A DNA stretch of 64,000 bases, from assembly GCF_964213995.1 (NCBI RefSeq), contig NC_135818.1:45694001-45758000 (forward strand), in the 5' to 3' direction. Origin of the DNA: Mustelus asterias. Its lineage: Eukaryota. Under the pieces are notes generated by a model. That model saw only the letters and a program-made list of their open reading frames with translations, searched no databases and was not told the DNA's origin. Positions 11,767 through 23,905 of this stretch are shown piece after piece (positions within the stretch are counted from its first letter, which is position 1; every line of letters begins with the position of its first letter). The position numbers were made by a program, and so were the translations under genes.

Positions 11767-12081
11767 CACAGAATCATAAAATCCTACAGTGAGGCAATTC
11801 GGCCCATCGGGACTGCACTGGCAACAATCCCACCCCATACCCTATCCCCATAACCCCATGCATTTACCCTGTGAATCCCCTTGGCACTAAGGGGCATCTT
11901 AGCATAGCCAATCCACCTAACCCGCACATCTTTGCAGCGTGCAAGGAAACTGGAGCACCCGGAGGAAACCCACGCAGACACGGGGAGAATGTGCAAACTC
12001 CACACAGGCCGTGACCTGAGGCCGGAATTGAACCCGGGTCCCTTGCGCTGTGAGGCAGCAGTGCTAACCACTGTGCCACCC
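11767..12081 (-). mobile_element. HE1-type V-SINE
   Basis: tRNA-like head (TGGCACAGTGG A box, GGTTCAATTCC B box), V-domain and CR1-like tail. Confidence 0.9.
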
Positions 12082-12139
12082 TCGATAATATCACTAGACC
12101 ATCCTGCCCTGCTCCCATTCCAAAATTATGTAGATATGG

Positions 12140-12530
12140 ACCAAATACTGCAGATGCTGGCAATCTGAAATGAACACTGTATTCCAGTACATGTATTTCA
12201 ATATATCTGACAATACTAAATCAAATTAAAACAGAAAATATTGGAAACACTCTGGCTGTATCTGTAGAGAAGGAAACCGAGTTTTCCTGTCTCTCCCTTC
12301 CCCCTCCCCCCACAGGAATCATAGCGGGCAGGACACGGACCATAGAAAGGTCCATTGACCTCGGGTGGGATTTTCCAGTCTTGGGGCATGTGTGGCCAGA
12401 AAGTCCCGCCCAATGTTTCAGGTCAATGACCTTTCATCAGAATCGGAACAAGTCATCAACCTGAAACGTTAACTCTGTTTACTTTTTCACTGTTACTGCC
12501 AGATCTGCTGAATGTTTCCAACATTTTCTA
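12140..12530. mobile_element. Head-to-head Penelope-type terminal repeats with an inserted MITE (~12284-12411)
   Basis: Minus-strand CTGATGA-A-AGGTC-att-GACCT-GAAA at 12412-12440; plus-strand copy ...ctgaaacgttaactctg... from ~12451. Confidence 0.55.
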
Positions 12531-13098
12531 TCACTTGGCTAAAGTCTATGCCCACTCACATGGCGCTTGCGACCACAACAACTTTACCTCTTACGCTTTA
12601 TGGTGCCAGGGTTGAGGACAGGGGCCATTTTCTTCTGCTGGCTTGTTTGATCATCATGGTTTGGGTGGGATTGCTGACCTTTTCTGTGATGAGAGTTCAT
12701 TGTAGGACCAATTAGTTCCCTTGCCTGTTTTTGATGTCATCATTGCCACTTCAATATGTTGGCATCTCATTCTACATAATACCTATTCCTTCTCTTGATA
12801 CAGTTCTGCCCTCCAAAATGTAGCTGACTTGGGCATTTGTGCACCATTTTAAAATGTGCACAAATGTCAAGAATTTGTATCATGAGCACAAACCTGTATA
12901 ACTATTCCTTCAGTGCCTTTAATAAAGTAAAATATTTCAGGCATTGGAAATAGTCATTTATGTTATTTCTCTTGGTGTTACACCAATCTCTTGAACATAT
13001 AGACAATAGACTCACTAAGAATCTGTGCATTAGGTAAGAGCCATTATGCACATATGTACATGCAATATTCAGTGCCAGCTTATTCATCTCTCTTGCAG

Positions 13099-13268
13099 AT
13101 GTTGCTGTTGATGTACCAGGACATGGGAAGATTGTAGTGGACATTTCATATGGAGGTGCTTTTTATGCATTTGTGAGTGCAGATCATTTTGGTTTGGATG
13201 TTCGTTCCTCCAGGATCCGCAATCTTGTAGATGCAGCAGTAACTGTAACTAATGCTGTGGCAGCACAG
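13099..13268 (+). CDS. L3HYPDH: L3HYPDH exon 2
   Basis: (D)VAVDVPGHGKIVVDISYGGAFYAFVSA...AVAAQ. Acceptor tcttgcag, donor gtacgt; 170 nt. Confidence 0.95.
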
Positions 13269-13775
13269 GTACGTAGAGAAGCCAAATATATTTCTGATTT
13301 GATCAGTATTTCCTCCTCACAATCTGATTGCAAATTAGTTTTGCCCCTCATTTTCTCAGAGGCTGGAATTGTAGCCATGTGTCTTTTTCATTGAGACTGG
13401 ATTCCTCCTGCCTCAAAACTGAGAATGAGTTCCTGAAAACATTTTTATTTAATTATAGTTTTCAAACCTAATTGACAGTCAGGAATTGTGCTTTTAATGA
13501 AAATTTAGGCAAAAATCCAACATGCTGTTCTGTGTTCAACCTCCCCAGACCATGCACTTGTGGGAACTCAACATAAAGATCTGACAACTTTACACACCTT
13601 TTGTACCCAGGAACAATGCAGGAACTTAAACTGTTGCAGATCGGGTTTGGAATTGGCATAACTTGCCAAGCAGGCCTATGGAGCTTGATCCATTATTTTA
13701 TGACTAAAATATTTTCCTGAATATCCCATAAAGCATTAAGAATGATTACTTGTACATTCTGGAGTTAGTAATATT

Positions 13776-14122
13776 TCATAGAATCATAGAAACCCTACAG
13801 TACAGAACGAGGCCATTCGGCCCATCGAGTCTGCACCGACCACAATCCCACCCAGGCCTGACCCCCATATCCCTACATATTTACCCACTAATCCCTCTAA
13901 CCTCTGCATCTCAGGACACTAAGGGCAATTTTTAGCGTGGCCAATCAACCTAACCCGCACATGTTTGGACTGTGGGAGGAAACCGGAGCACCCGGAGGAA
14001 ACCCACGCAGACACGAGGAGAATGTGCAAACTCCACACAGACAGCGACCAAAGCCGGGAATCGAACCTCGGTCCCTGGAGCTTTGCGGCAGCAATGCTAA
14101 CCACTGTGCTACCGTGCCGCCC
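13776..14122 (-). mobile_element. HE1-type V-SINE
   Basis: Full-length copy with the same head, body and tail. Confidence 0.9.
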
Positions 14123-15153
14123 TGATATTTGCATCAGGGTTGAATTTTTCAGTTTCCTAAGTTACTAACCAGATATAAAAACAATGTTCACTTTAAATTT
14201 TCTTCAAGTACATCAATGCTAGTGCAGCAGTTCGGAACTTTATTCCCCCAGACTAGCCCCCCTTGTGCCTTCCACCTGGTCTCCAAAACCTAACCTGAGC
14301 TCCCAACCTTCCCTCCCCATCCTCGTTATTGTTATTCCAATTCCTCCCTGCCCAAGACATTAAGACTTGACTTAATCCAGCCTCTATGACAGATCTTCCT
14401 GGGGACTCCCTTGAGCAGGAGCCAATACTAGCATCTGCCCCAGTGGAACAACTCAGTTGACATCCAATCAGATTGGATGCTCTCAAGGGTGGGATTTCCT
14501 CTCCCTGAGGGGCAGAAGTCCCACACTCACCTCATTATCACTGTAAGACAGCCCATGGGACTGACTTTTCTACCAGGGGTGGGGTGTATATCTTTGGCCG
14601 GTCAGTTCTGATGGGAATGATCTCTCCCTTCCTTTGGAGTCGAGTTTTTCCATCTCAGGCTCCAGGGACGTGTGGAGAATTCTTAAAAGATCGATTACCT
14701 ACCTTCTGTGGTTTTCTTCATTGCTAAAAATAATACAGGGGACATATATGCTTTCATTTACTTTTGGTCCAATGAGCCAGTGTGTGCATAAGAATTTTAT
14801 TCTGGGCAACTGAGCAGATTGGTGTCACTCAATGTCAGCTCAAACCTATTCCACGAGGAGACATTACCCACAAAATGGTTTGTCCAGAATTCACTCTCAC
14901 TCAATTTTGGCCTCTGAAGAGTATGTAATTTTAAAGAAACCTACCATCTGGTTGATTTTTTTTATTGTTTAATTCTAATTTAACTACTTTCATACGACTA
15001 GTTCACCTAGTACACATTTTGAGATTCTGAAGAGCACTTAAATATAACAACTATTAAAACAGACTTGGTGTTGGTATCTACCAAAAAAACAACTATTGCT
15101 ATTGATGCAATAAATTAATATCAAACTCTGCTCAATAATTTTTGTTTTTACAG

Positions 15154-15276
15154 GTTAAACTCCACCACCCTGACAGTGAAGACCTGGCCTTCCTCTATGG
15201 CACTATATTAACTGATGGCAAAGATGTGTTTTCTGAAGAGCCAACAGCAAATATCTGTGTTTTTGCAGATGCTCAG
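15154..15276 (+). CDS. L3HYPDH: L3HYPDH exon 3
   Basis: VKLHHPDSEDLAFLYGTILTDGKDVFSEEPTANICVFADAQ. Acceptor tttttacag, donor gtgggt; 123 nt. Confidence 0.95.
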
Positions 15277-15946
15277 GTGGGTAAAGTAACTATGATTAAC
15301 AAACCTTGTTACAATGAACTTACTACACACATTTGAGCAGGCCTTGAAGGGTAAACACTGTGCGATCTTTAGTGATTTAATCACAGCCGATTTATGAAGT
15401 GGCACAAAATAATCTACTTAATTTCTCAGCTGAGATTCCCAGTCAGACTTGTTTTAGGAAGTATCAATTAATAATGGAAGTTTATTTATCAAAGTGTATA
15501 TCGCATTCTTTGTGCAATAAATAAGAAAGAAAATATCACCTCAGATGTATTCAAAGTATTCCTGTTTAAAATACAAAATAAATTAATGAACTCAGTTGAA
15601 ATTTGATGATTTTGAAAATATCTTGTTTTCCGGCTGTTGGTCGGTTTCTTCCTCATTAAGGGCAGCTCCACAAAATCCACAATAGGAGAAATTTCCCTGT
15701 GTACTGGAGCAGCTCTACTGCAAACACTAGGGGTTAAAACAAAGCTGACTGTCACCTGAACAGTAATCAGAACTTGCACTTTTGCAAGCTCTTTATCAAC
15801 ATTTTAATACCCAAGGTCAAAATACTCGATCCATACCTATTATTTATTATGCAGTTAAGGAAAACATTTGAAAATATAAAGATCAAATATAATTCATGAA
15901 TAAAAAAACATTTTGAGCATTTTTTTGTTTAACTTATCCTGAATAG

Positions 15947-16084
15947 GTTGACAGAAGTCCCTGTGGCTCGGGTGTGACAGCTCGTATTGCACTGCAGTAT
16001 CACAAAGGATTAATTCTGCTGAATCAGACCAGGACATTTCAGAGTGGTCCAACAAGCTCGCTCTTCACAGCAAAAGCTGTAGAG
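15947..16084 (+). CDS. L3HYPDH: L3HYPDH exon 4 (absent from the ORF track)
   Basis: Manual translation: VDRSPCGSGVTARIALQYHKGLILLNQTRTFQSGPTSSLFTAKAVE. Acceptor gaatag, donor gtgatt; 138 nt, phase 0 at both ends. Confidence 0.95.
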
Positions 16085-19013
16085 GTGATTGACATATTAT
16101 AAGTATTGTTGCTTTTTGAAACCTAATACAACAGCACATTTTAACCCAAACCTCAACAGTTAGCAGCATTTATATTTTGTATTAAATGTCAAGAGCTAGT
16201 AGTCCCTATCTACGATATCTAGAAATTATAGTGTCACTATCCAGTATTCACCCAAAATTGTAGGAACTAACTTAAGCTTCAGAAATTAACGTTTATTAGA
16301 AATTTCATTTTTTAATTGCTCATGTAAGATTTTCTTCCAATTAATCTTCTTAATTGTTGCAATTATTTTAAACAAGACTTAGTCTATGATTCCAAATCTT
16401 TCAAATAAATAGAGGAAGTTTTTTTTCTTCATTATGAAGTTAAAGAAAAATCTTCCACAAAACTTGTTAAGACGGTAAATACAATGCAGTTTGCAGCAAT
16501 GCAATACTCAATCTTGTGCAGCTTCAACCAAGCACTCTGCAATGTGGATAAAGGTTTTCCATTGCGTTTCCTGGAAACTTTTTCAATGTTATTTTTTGTA
16601 ATGTCACTAGGGAGCCAATTCAACAATCCCCTCAGTTGTGTTTTAACTAACCATTTAAACGTGACCAGCGTCTAGTCATCAGTACACTGAGTTCCACTTT
16701 CACCAAGTTGAGAATTACATAGAGCGAGCAGAAGTTGGGTTTGTACACACCACTCAATCTGTCTTAAATCAAAAAATTGGAATATACTGTCCAGAATTGC
16801 ATCTGGACCAAGACTACAATTCTTTTTCTTGTTAATTAAGTGTGTCCCACTCTTAAGTTTCTGTCTGCAAGATTAGGATAAGGTAGCAAAGTCATTTGTA
16901 CAAAAGTTAAATTGAGAAATTGGACAAAATACCTATATGAAATGTAGAATGCTGCAAATGCTCAACAACTAATTCCTAAAAGTGTCTCTTAAATACTAGC
17001 AAATGGCAATTTTGACAGAATAAACATACTGGCAGTGCAAGAGGCAATTAGGAAACACCCAAGTGACAATGTGTGAATCAGACGACTTGCACAATCCCAC
17101 CACCTTGGGAAAGCCAGCTGCTGATTAGCATTTTTAAATATTTCCATTTTTTTATCAAAGCAGCTATCACCTACTTTTATAGAACAGAGTTAGTGATCCG
17201 CGAGAGACAAATGTGATGTGAGAAAATACATTTGGGGTGTGGAATGCACTGCCTGGAAGTGTGGTGGAGGCAGGTTCAATCGAAGATTGTCTCAAATAAC
17301 AAAATGAGGAAGGCACTAAGTCATGATGCTCGTTTGGGGAACCAATGCAAACACGATGGACCAAATGGTTTCCTTCTGCTCCATAATAAGTCTGTGATAC
17401 ACAGTTGGCAAATAATAAATATGCCAAAAACAAAAGACAAGCTACTATCCAGTTACTCAAGTTCAATGATAACAATAAACCTCCGCTTGCCTTCAAACTA
17501 TCTTGAAATGCTGCTTACTCAAACCTTTTGTTAGTTAAGGTTTTGTGCACGACTAGTTGTTCAGGTTAAGACTACAAAAGTACACGAGGCGAGTTCGTCC
17601 ATGTGCTTTGGCTTCTTAATATAGCGTTTCATTGAATAAATCTTATCATATTCCTTTGGTTCTTCAGTGCTTGTTTGTGCTTGGACTTGATATTGGAAGA
17701 AAAATATTATGATAGTGATAATGACTCACCTAACCAATACATTCACAATGCAATTGGAAAGAGGCAAAATTACAAATCTTTTAGGTATGCACAAATTTAG
17801 AATAGCTACAGTTAAATGTGCAAATGTTAATAATTCACCAATGCATTAAATAAATGTTTTTTGTCTTTCTATAAAGACTCTAAATGTTTACCCCTGGGGT
17901 AATAAGTAGAATGGGTAAGATGGGTATAGAGGGATATGGGCTAAATGCGGGCAATTCGGATTAGCTTAGGGGTTTTAAAAAAGAAAGGGCGGCATGGACA
18001 AGTTGGGCCAAAGGGCTTGTTTCCCTGCTGTAAACCTCTACGACTCTAATAACTAGTCTAGATTTTGTATTATTAACAGTAAAGCTAGTAGCATGCACTG
18101 TTATAGAGTAAAGAGACAGTAACTTTCAGAGTGCGAACATGTATAGTTAAATGTGGAATCCAGAAGCTGTGGTCTGCATTACTCAGAAGATGTACAGGCT
18201 ACGCTGTAACAGAACCTCAAATATAGCTTCAGCGTTGACATACATTTAATGGCATGAAGTTGGGGGGGTACTTACCACCAATTACTCACTAAACATACCA
18301 GAAAAGGTTAGGGTGTTGCAATTAGGACTAAGTAATTTTTTACATGGTGTGATAAGTGATAATTACTGCCAAGCAACCTTCCTGGCCCTGAAAATTTTAC
18401 TTGTACGGTGTCTCAGTCCTTCAGAACTTAGCCAGTATTGGAGATTTTGTAAAACAGTTTATTTTAGATTTTTTCTTGTGTCTCCCCTGCCTTGTCTGCC
18501 AATTTCATCGTTCTTTCTCAATCTTTATTTTACTTTCTGCACACAATATAAACCTAATTTATACTTTTTGCTTTAGGCTGCATGTCTCAGAAAGGATTCT
18601 TCAGTCTGCTCGATTGAAGAGCTTTCCTGTTCTTTTCCCTTTTCACGTTCCCAATAGAAAGCACTTAATTAAATGTTGGGCCAAATCCTCTGGTCTCTGG
18701 ATTGTGGAGACCACACGACTGAAGATATGCGTGGGACTCTGTGCAAGTTATGATGCGCGGAGCTACATGGAAACTACTCAGGAAGTTTCAACTTCCAATG
18801 GCAATTCTGACCGTCCGCAGGTAACTACACAACTGACCCCACCCCCCCCCCCCCCCCCCCCACCTCCAAAACCTCCCGATCTCCCGCACTGGCTTCCCTC
18901 AACTAGCCCCACCCACCCCTCTCCTCCCCATTGAACGCCCAACCCACCTACACCCCTCGAGCTAACCTGACTGCCATCTCAATTACCCACCTCACTCACC
19001 TATCCATCTCACT

Positions 19014-19300
19014 CGGGGGGAGGCGGTGGTCAAGTGATTTTATTACTAGACTATCCACCTGCTAATGTTCTGGGGACCCAGGTTCAAATTCCGCCATGGC
19101 AGATAGTGGAATTTGAATTCCATAAAAAAATCTGGAAATAAGAATCTATTGATGACCATGAAACCATTGTCAATTGTTGGAAAAACCATCTGGTTCACTA
19201 ATGTCCTTTAGAGAAGGAAATCTGCCATCCTTACCTGGTCTGGGCTACATGTGAATCCAGAGGCACAGCAATGTGGTTGACTCTCAACTGACCTCTGGAA
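19014..19300 (+). mobile_element. tRNA-derived SINE, second family
   Basis: ggaggcggtgg...ggttcaaattcc head and core ctggttcactaatgtccttta...aggaaatctgcc; shared with the 23906 and 54772 copies. Confidence 0.75.
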
Positions 19301-19739
19301 GTCGTGAAAAATTTTCAATCAAAGCAGCAATCCAGCAATCATTGCTGATGCTCAGAAGATCTGGCCTTTGTATTGTGGGCAGCCGTCAGCACAGTGACTG
19401 GGCGAACATGGCTGGCAAATCCCACTCTAAAGGTATCAAGAGGTATGGGGAGAGTGTGGGAGTATGGTGTTGAGATAGAGGATCAGCCATGATCATATTG
19501 AATGAAGGAGCAGGCTGAAAGGGCCAAATGTCCTACTGTTGCTATGTTCTATGTTTCTACACCTATTATAGTTGGGACCACCCTATTCACATGAGCACAG
19601 ATGTGTATCAGAAATCAAGTCTTTGAGAGGGAGGTCAGATGGTCTCATTGTTTTGAAGTATTGTGTTTTGTTGTGGACTTACTATTAGGAATAGCTCCCC
19701 ATTTATGGTCAGAGATAAAGGAAAGAAAAAGAGGAATGT

Positions 19740-20140
19740 AGAATACAAAGAATAGTACAGCACAAGAACAGGCCCTTCAAGCCTGCGCCGATCACGTTTA
19801 CCTACCTAAATCAACTGCGCTTAACCCTCTATTCCCCGTGTGTTCATATGCCTATCAAGATAAGTATTAAATGTGGCTAACGTAACTGCCTCAACCACCT
19901 CACTTGGCAGTGCATTTCAGGCCCCCACCACCCTGTGTGTAAAAAAAAAACTTCCCCCACACATTTCCATTGAACCTTTCCCCCTTATCTTGAACTTGTG
20001 CTCCCTTGTAATTGTCATTTCTGCCCTGGGACAAAGCTTCCAACTGTTCACCCTATCCATACCTCTCATAATTTTATAAACTTCCTTCAGGTCACCCCTC
20101 AGCCTCCATCTTTCCAGGGAGAACAATCCCAGTTTATTTA
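19740..20140 (-). mobile_element. CR1 3' end
   Basis: FSLERWRLRGDLKEVYKIMRGMDRV...FFTHRVVGA. Confidence 0.8.
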
Positions 20141-20691
20141 CAGTTTAGCATAAGTCAAGATTCCTGGTTGAGGGGTTGATTAGGTCCAGATGGAGATCAG
20201 AACAACAGCTGATCAGAAATGCTAAATAAGCCTGATAATAAGGATAATGTGTTAATGTTCCTTTAAGAAAAGTGACCAAATCGTAAGGTGGCGAGAATTG
20301 TTACAAATGTTTCCTGTTGTTGTTCTAATAACAAATGCAAAATAAACAAATTGTGGACATGCATTCTGCTCACTTCTTTTACTGGTGAAATAGTGTGCAT
20401 TCCAAAAGATTGGAGAAGCACACTTATATGCACATGTGAAAGAGACAATATCCAGTCCAGATTACAGCAATAACGTGGGTTATGAGTAGAATGGATGCAG
20501 AATCTCCCTGTTTCAGTGACTTGTACTGCAGAACTTCAGAATAGTTGAAGAATTGTAACCAGAGCATTAGGTTTAGAAAGATAGCTGTTTGAATTAATAT
20601 GGGATGAGTAACTATCAAAAATACATCTGTAAAAGCTGGTCAAAACCAAAGCATTTTTGATATTAGAATTAGAGTCCAGGTGATATTAAAG

Positions 20692-21026
20692 TTTTTTTTT
20701 ATTACTTTTCCAATTCAATCAAATCAAATCCAATTCAGAGTCTCAACAAGTCTCAGATCCAGGCTGACAAGACAGGGCGAGCGACCAAACCACCCTGTCC
20801 TGGGCCTGATCTACATGAGCCAAGCTGATTGGAGAAGGGGGAGGTTCCTCCTCCAAGACTTGAGCTCATTTGCATCTTAGCCAAAAGGCCGAGATGCCAC
20901 TTTTAAAAATTGCTTCATATGAAACATATGAAGCTTCAGTGTAACCTAATGACCTCAACCAAGTGCGGCCGACCATGGGCTGCCAACTATACTACACTTG
21001 ATCTTAGCCAAAAGGACGAGAGGGAT
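20692..21026 (-). mobile_element. U2 snRNA-headed SINE-like retroposon, copy 1 (L3HYPDH intron 4)
   Basis: Minus strand starts ATCCCTCTCGTCCTTTTGGCTAAGATCAAGTGTAGTAT (U2 nt 1-39). Internal exact match to U2 nt 7-27, A-rich tail, and colinear with the copy at 43339-43639. Confidence 0.8.
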
Positions 21027-21141
21027 AGCACAAACCTTGGTGACTCATGCCCTGATATATTTTTATGGTAATAACTATTATTATCATACCATGAGCAATA
21101 TTGTGAGAAGATTGCTAAAAATGTATTTTTCCCCCCCCCAG

Positions 21142-21267
21142 GAAACACAATGTGGCGATTTCAAAGCTGTTATAGTGGAAGTGTCAGGGCAAGCACATTA
21201 CACTGGAACAGCAAGATTTTACGTGGAAGATGATGATGACCTGAAAGACGGGTTTCTTCTCAAATAA
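21142..21267 (+). CDS. L3HYPDH: L3HYPDH exon 5 (terminal coding exon)
   Basis: ETQCGDFKAVIVEVSGQAHYTGTARFYVEDDDDLKDGFLLK-stop after a strong polypyrimidine acceptor. Spliced CDS totals 1041 nt = 346 aa. Confidence 0.95.
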   Translation, partial: ETQCGDFKAVIVEVSGQAHYTGTARFYVEDDDDLKDGFLLK

Positions 21268-21739
21268 AGCAGTAAAAGAAATTCCAATCAATAATGTTAG
21301 TGTCCTAAACCTGCATTCTTTATATGAACCTTAATACCTCAAGGGCATTATGAATTATTGTTGTATCATTAAGTTGATATCAGGTGCTTAGCTAAATCAT
21401 GAGTTAAAATATTTACTACAATGAATTTAGAACCAAATAATGCTTTTTTAAAATCTGTTTTACACTAGAAATGTTTAAATCTAAACTGATATTTTGATCA
21501 TCTTCATCATTTTCCTTAGTTATTACTGCATTATGCAGTGAAATTCTATGCAATATTAATTGTAAAGCAGACAATTATGTTTATCTTCAGAATATTTCAG
21601 CTGCCATTGAATCACACTACACTTGCTGCTATTGAAGTTATTAATCTGAAGCTTAGAATATGTATTAAAACCCAGAACCTGTGAAGTCATTGTTTCCAAA
21701 TATCAGCACTGCCATTTCAAAAGTGATATTTTTATACAT

Positions 21740-21907
21740 AATAAAAGGTTTTCAACTAAATTTTGCTACTAGGGTAAGTAATTATAAGAGCTACAACTTG
21801 AAATTTATACGAAGTGCAGGTGATTTTTCAAATAATAATTAGCTTAGTTTACATAATTCTGTATCTTGTGTATCTGTTTAATTTTTTAAAAACTGGTGAT
21901 CAATAAA
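21740..21907 (+). terminator. Candidate L3HYPDH polyadenylation signals
   Basis: AATAAA at 21740-21745 and 21902-21907; the second is followed by GT/T-rich sequence. Confidence 0.5.
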
Positions 21908-22489
21908 GCACATTATCCAACTTGATGTGTATTTAGTTTTGTTATGTGACATGGCCATTTTATGTGAAGTTGTGCAAAAACATAAGCAGGATAGCTGAGC
22001 CATGCCAGTTGCTTCAAATCTGGGATATTAAGATCCAGCTTCTTCTTGAGAATTAAACTCTGTGACAAATAGGAAAATATAATTCAGCGCAGTATATGTT
22101 CAAAAGCAGTTGGGACGTTATCCAAAGGCTTTTAATGAATGGCTGATTGAGTAAAGTTGCTGAATGTTAACCTTCATAGTTTCCTTGTTGGATAATAGAG
22201 CCTCATCAGAACCTAGCTACTGGATTTAAGAATATTCATAAACAAAGGAAGCAATTGGCTTTGGAATCCAAGGGGTATCCATACCAAAGCAAGTTGAATG
22301 TAGAAAATTTACCTAATTTGAAATTCTGATACTTTTTAAAAAATGTTCAAATATCATCACGTGAGATTTTCAACTCAGGACAGTGTAGACCAAGAAGATT
22401 CTAGGTTTCCAATGAGCTACTTAATCTCAGTTCTTCACAATAGCCTTGATTAAATAATTAATAACATTCCTAATGTTAATCACTTCACC

Positions 22490-22725
22490 ATTTGTTGCCA
22501 TGTCTTCAGCTGCCTGGACTCCAAACTCTGGAATTTCCTTCATAGCCCCTTCCTTCCCCCCCCCCCCCACACCTTTCATCCTTAAAGATGATCCTTAAAA
22601 CCGATTACTCCAATCAGGCTTTTGGTCACCTGACTTAAATATCTCCTCATGCAGCTAAGTGTCAAATGTTGTCCTCCAAAGTGGCTTGGGACATTGACCG
22701 AGTTAAAGGTGCTATCTAAATGTAA
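22490..22725 (+). mobile_element. L2 3' end fragment
   Basis: tgtcttcagctgcctgg...ctctggaatttcc...aaaggtgctatctaaatgtaag. Confidence 0.55.
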
Positions 22726-23905
22726 GCTGGTGTTCCTGATGACCACACACCAATTCATACAGGAAGCACACCAATACATCAAATATTGGATGAAGGTGGA
22801 ATGAGCTTCAGCCGTGATGTCTTCCACCATTCAAAAGTCTGCTGCCTCACTGGAAAATGGTCACTTGATGAGTTACCAAAGGGTGACTGTCAAGGTAAAG
22901 GACAAGCAAAAATTGGAAAGGTTGAATTACCTGAGATGATTTGGATCTATCTCAGAGTAGATCATTCAGCCCCTGAACCTGTTTACTAAAGGAAACTCAT
23001 CTCACTGTGATTAAATTTGCAGCTTTTTAATCTGCAGCCAGACACACATGCTGCATCCTGAGGCCACTATATTAACACAGATAATGTGTCGTAAAGAGAT
23101 GGAGAAGGTTACAATGTAACTATTATGTATTAGACTTAATGTCGAACATACATGGTAAGTCAATCTGAAAAGGTTGATGTATCTTGATTTTTTTTTACTT
23201 CAATTCGTATAACTCTGCTTCTTCATCCTTTTTAACTTTGGTTGGGAGGGGGTGGCTGTGGATAGTGAATGGATCCACAAACAACTGCAATTGGAGAGTG
23301 GTTGTGGGGCACTATGGCAATTCCCTGGAAATCGCCAATCACTCCTATTTACCTCACCCACTTCATCCCATTATCTCCTGCCACCCTGCACTTTCCCTAC
23401 CTCTTCTTTGAACTACAGCTCTGATCTTGTAACCCTCCCTCCCTTTTGCTCTATTGTCATCCTTAATGCACCTTTTTTAACCCTTTATTTGGTACTCAGC
23501 AGCATTTCAACATGTAACCTCCCTTTCTATTTTACTGAGGAGACTTCAATTACTCTTAGAAATCAACTTGCTACATTATGACAGTGATAACGCTTCAAAA
23601 ATATTTCATCTTGATGTCCTGTCATGAAAGGTGCTATATAAATGCAAGTCTCCTCCGGGAAAAGGGGGAGGGGGGAGGTTAGAATGATGAAAAACACTAA
23701 TTCTATGTCATTGTAAATAATTGGCAAAAGTGTTTCCATTTAGAAAACTAAACGAAAATTACTCCATGTCAAAATTCAGTTGGTGTTTTTCAGCAGAACG
23801 TCTATTAACTGATTCTCTCTTTGCAGCTAACTACACTTTCCAAACTTTACAAAGTTTAAGTAGTTAGAATACTTTTTCTTTCAAACAGCCACTCTGCGTT
23901 ACAAA

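Noticed and set aside
11678-11853. Read-through extension of the L3HYPDH exon 1 ORF
   Set aside because: Homology ends at the donor site at 11677; the rest is intron and SINE sequence.
12010-12081. tRNA genes at SINE heads
   Set aside because: A and B boxes are present, but each continues into a SINE body and no complete cloverleaf is evident.
13919-14168. Recurrent ORFs such as MDCGRKPEHPEETHADT and MVSTAASQ
   Set aside because: Translations of the V-SINE consensus, not genes.
18401-18934. 177-aa ORF ending in poly-proline (also 52205-52621)
   Set aside because: Derived from poly-C tracts and repeat fragments.
20989-21026. Functional U2 snRNA gene (also 43603-43639)
   Set aside because: Only the first 37-39 nt are present, with mismatches and no Sm site or 3' stem-loops; part of a retroposed element.
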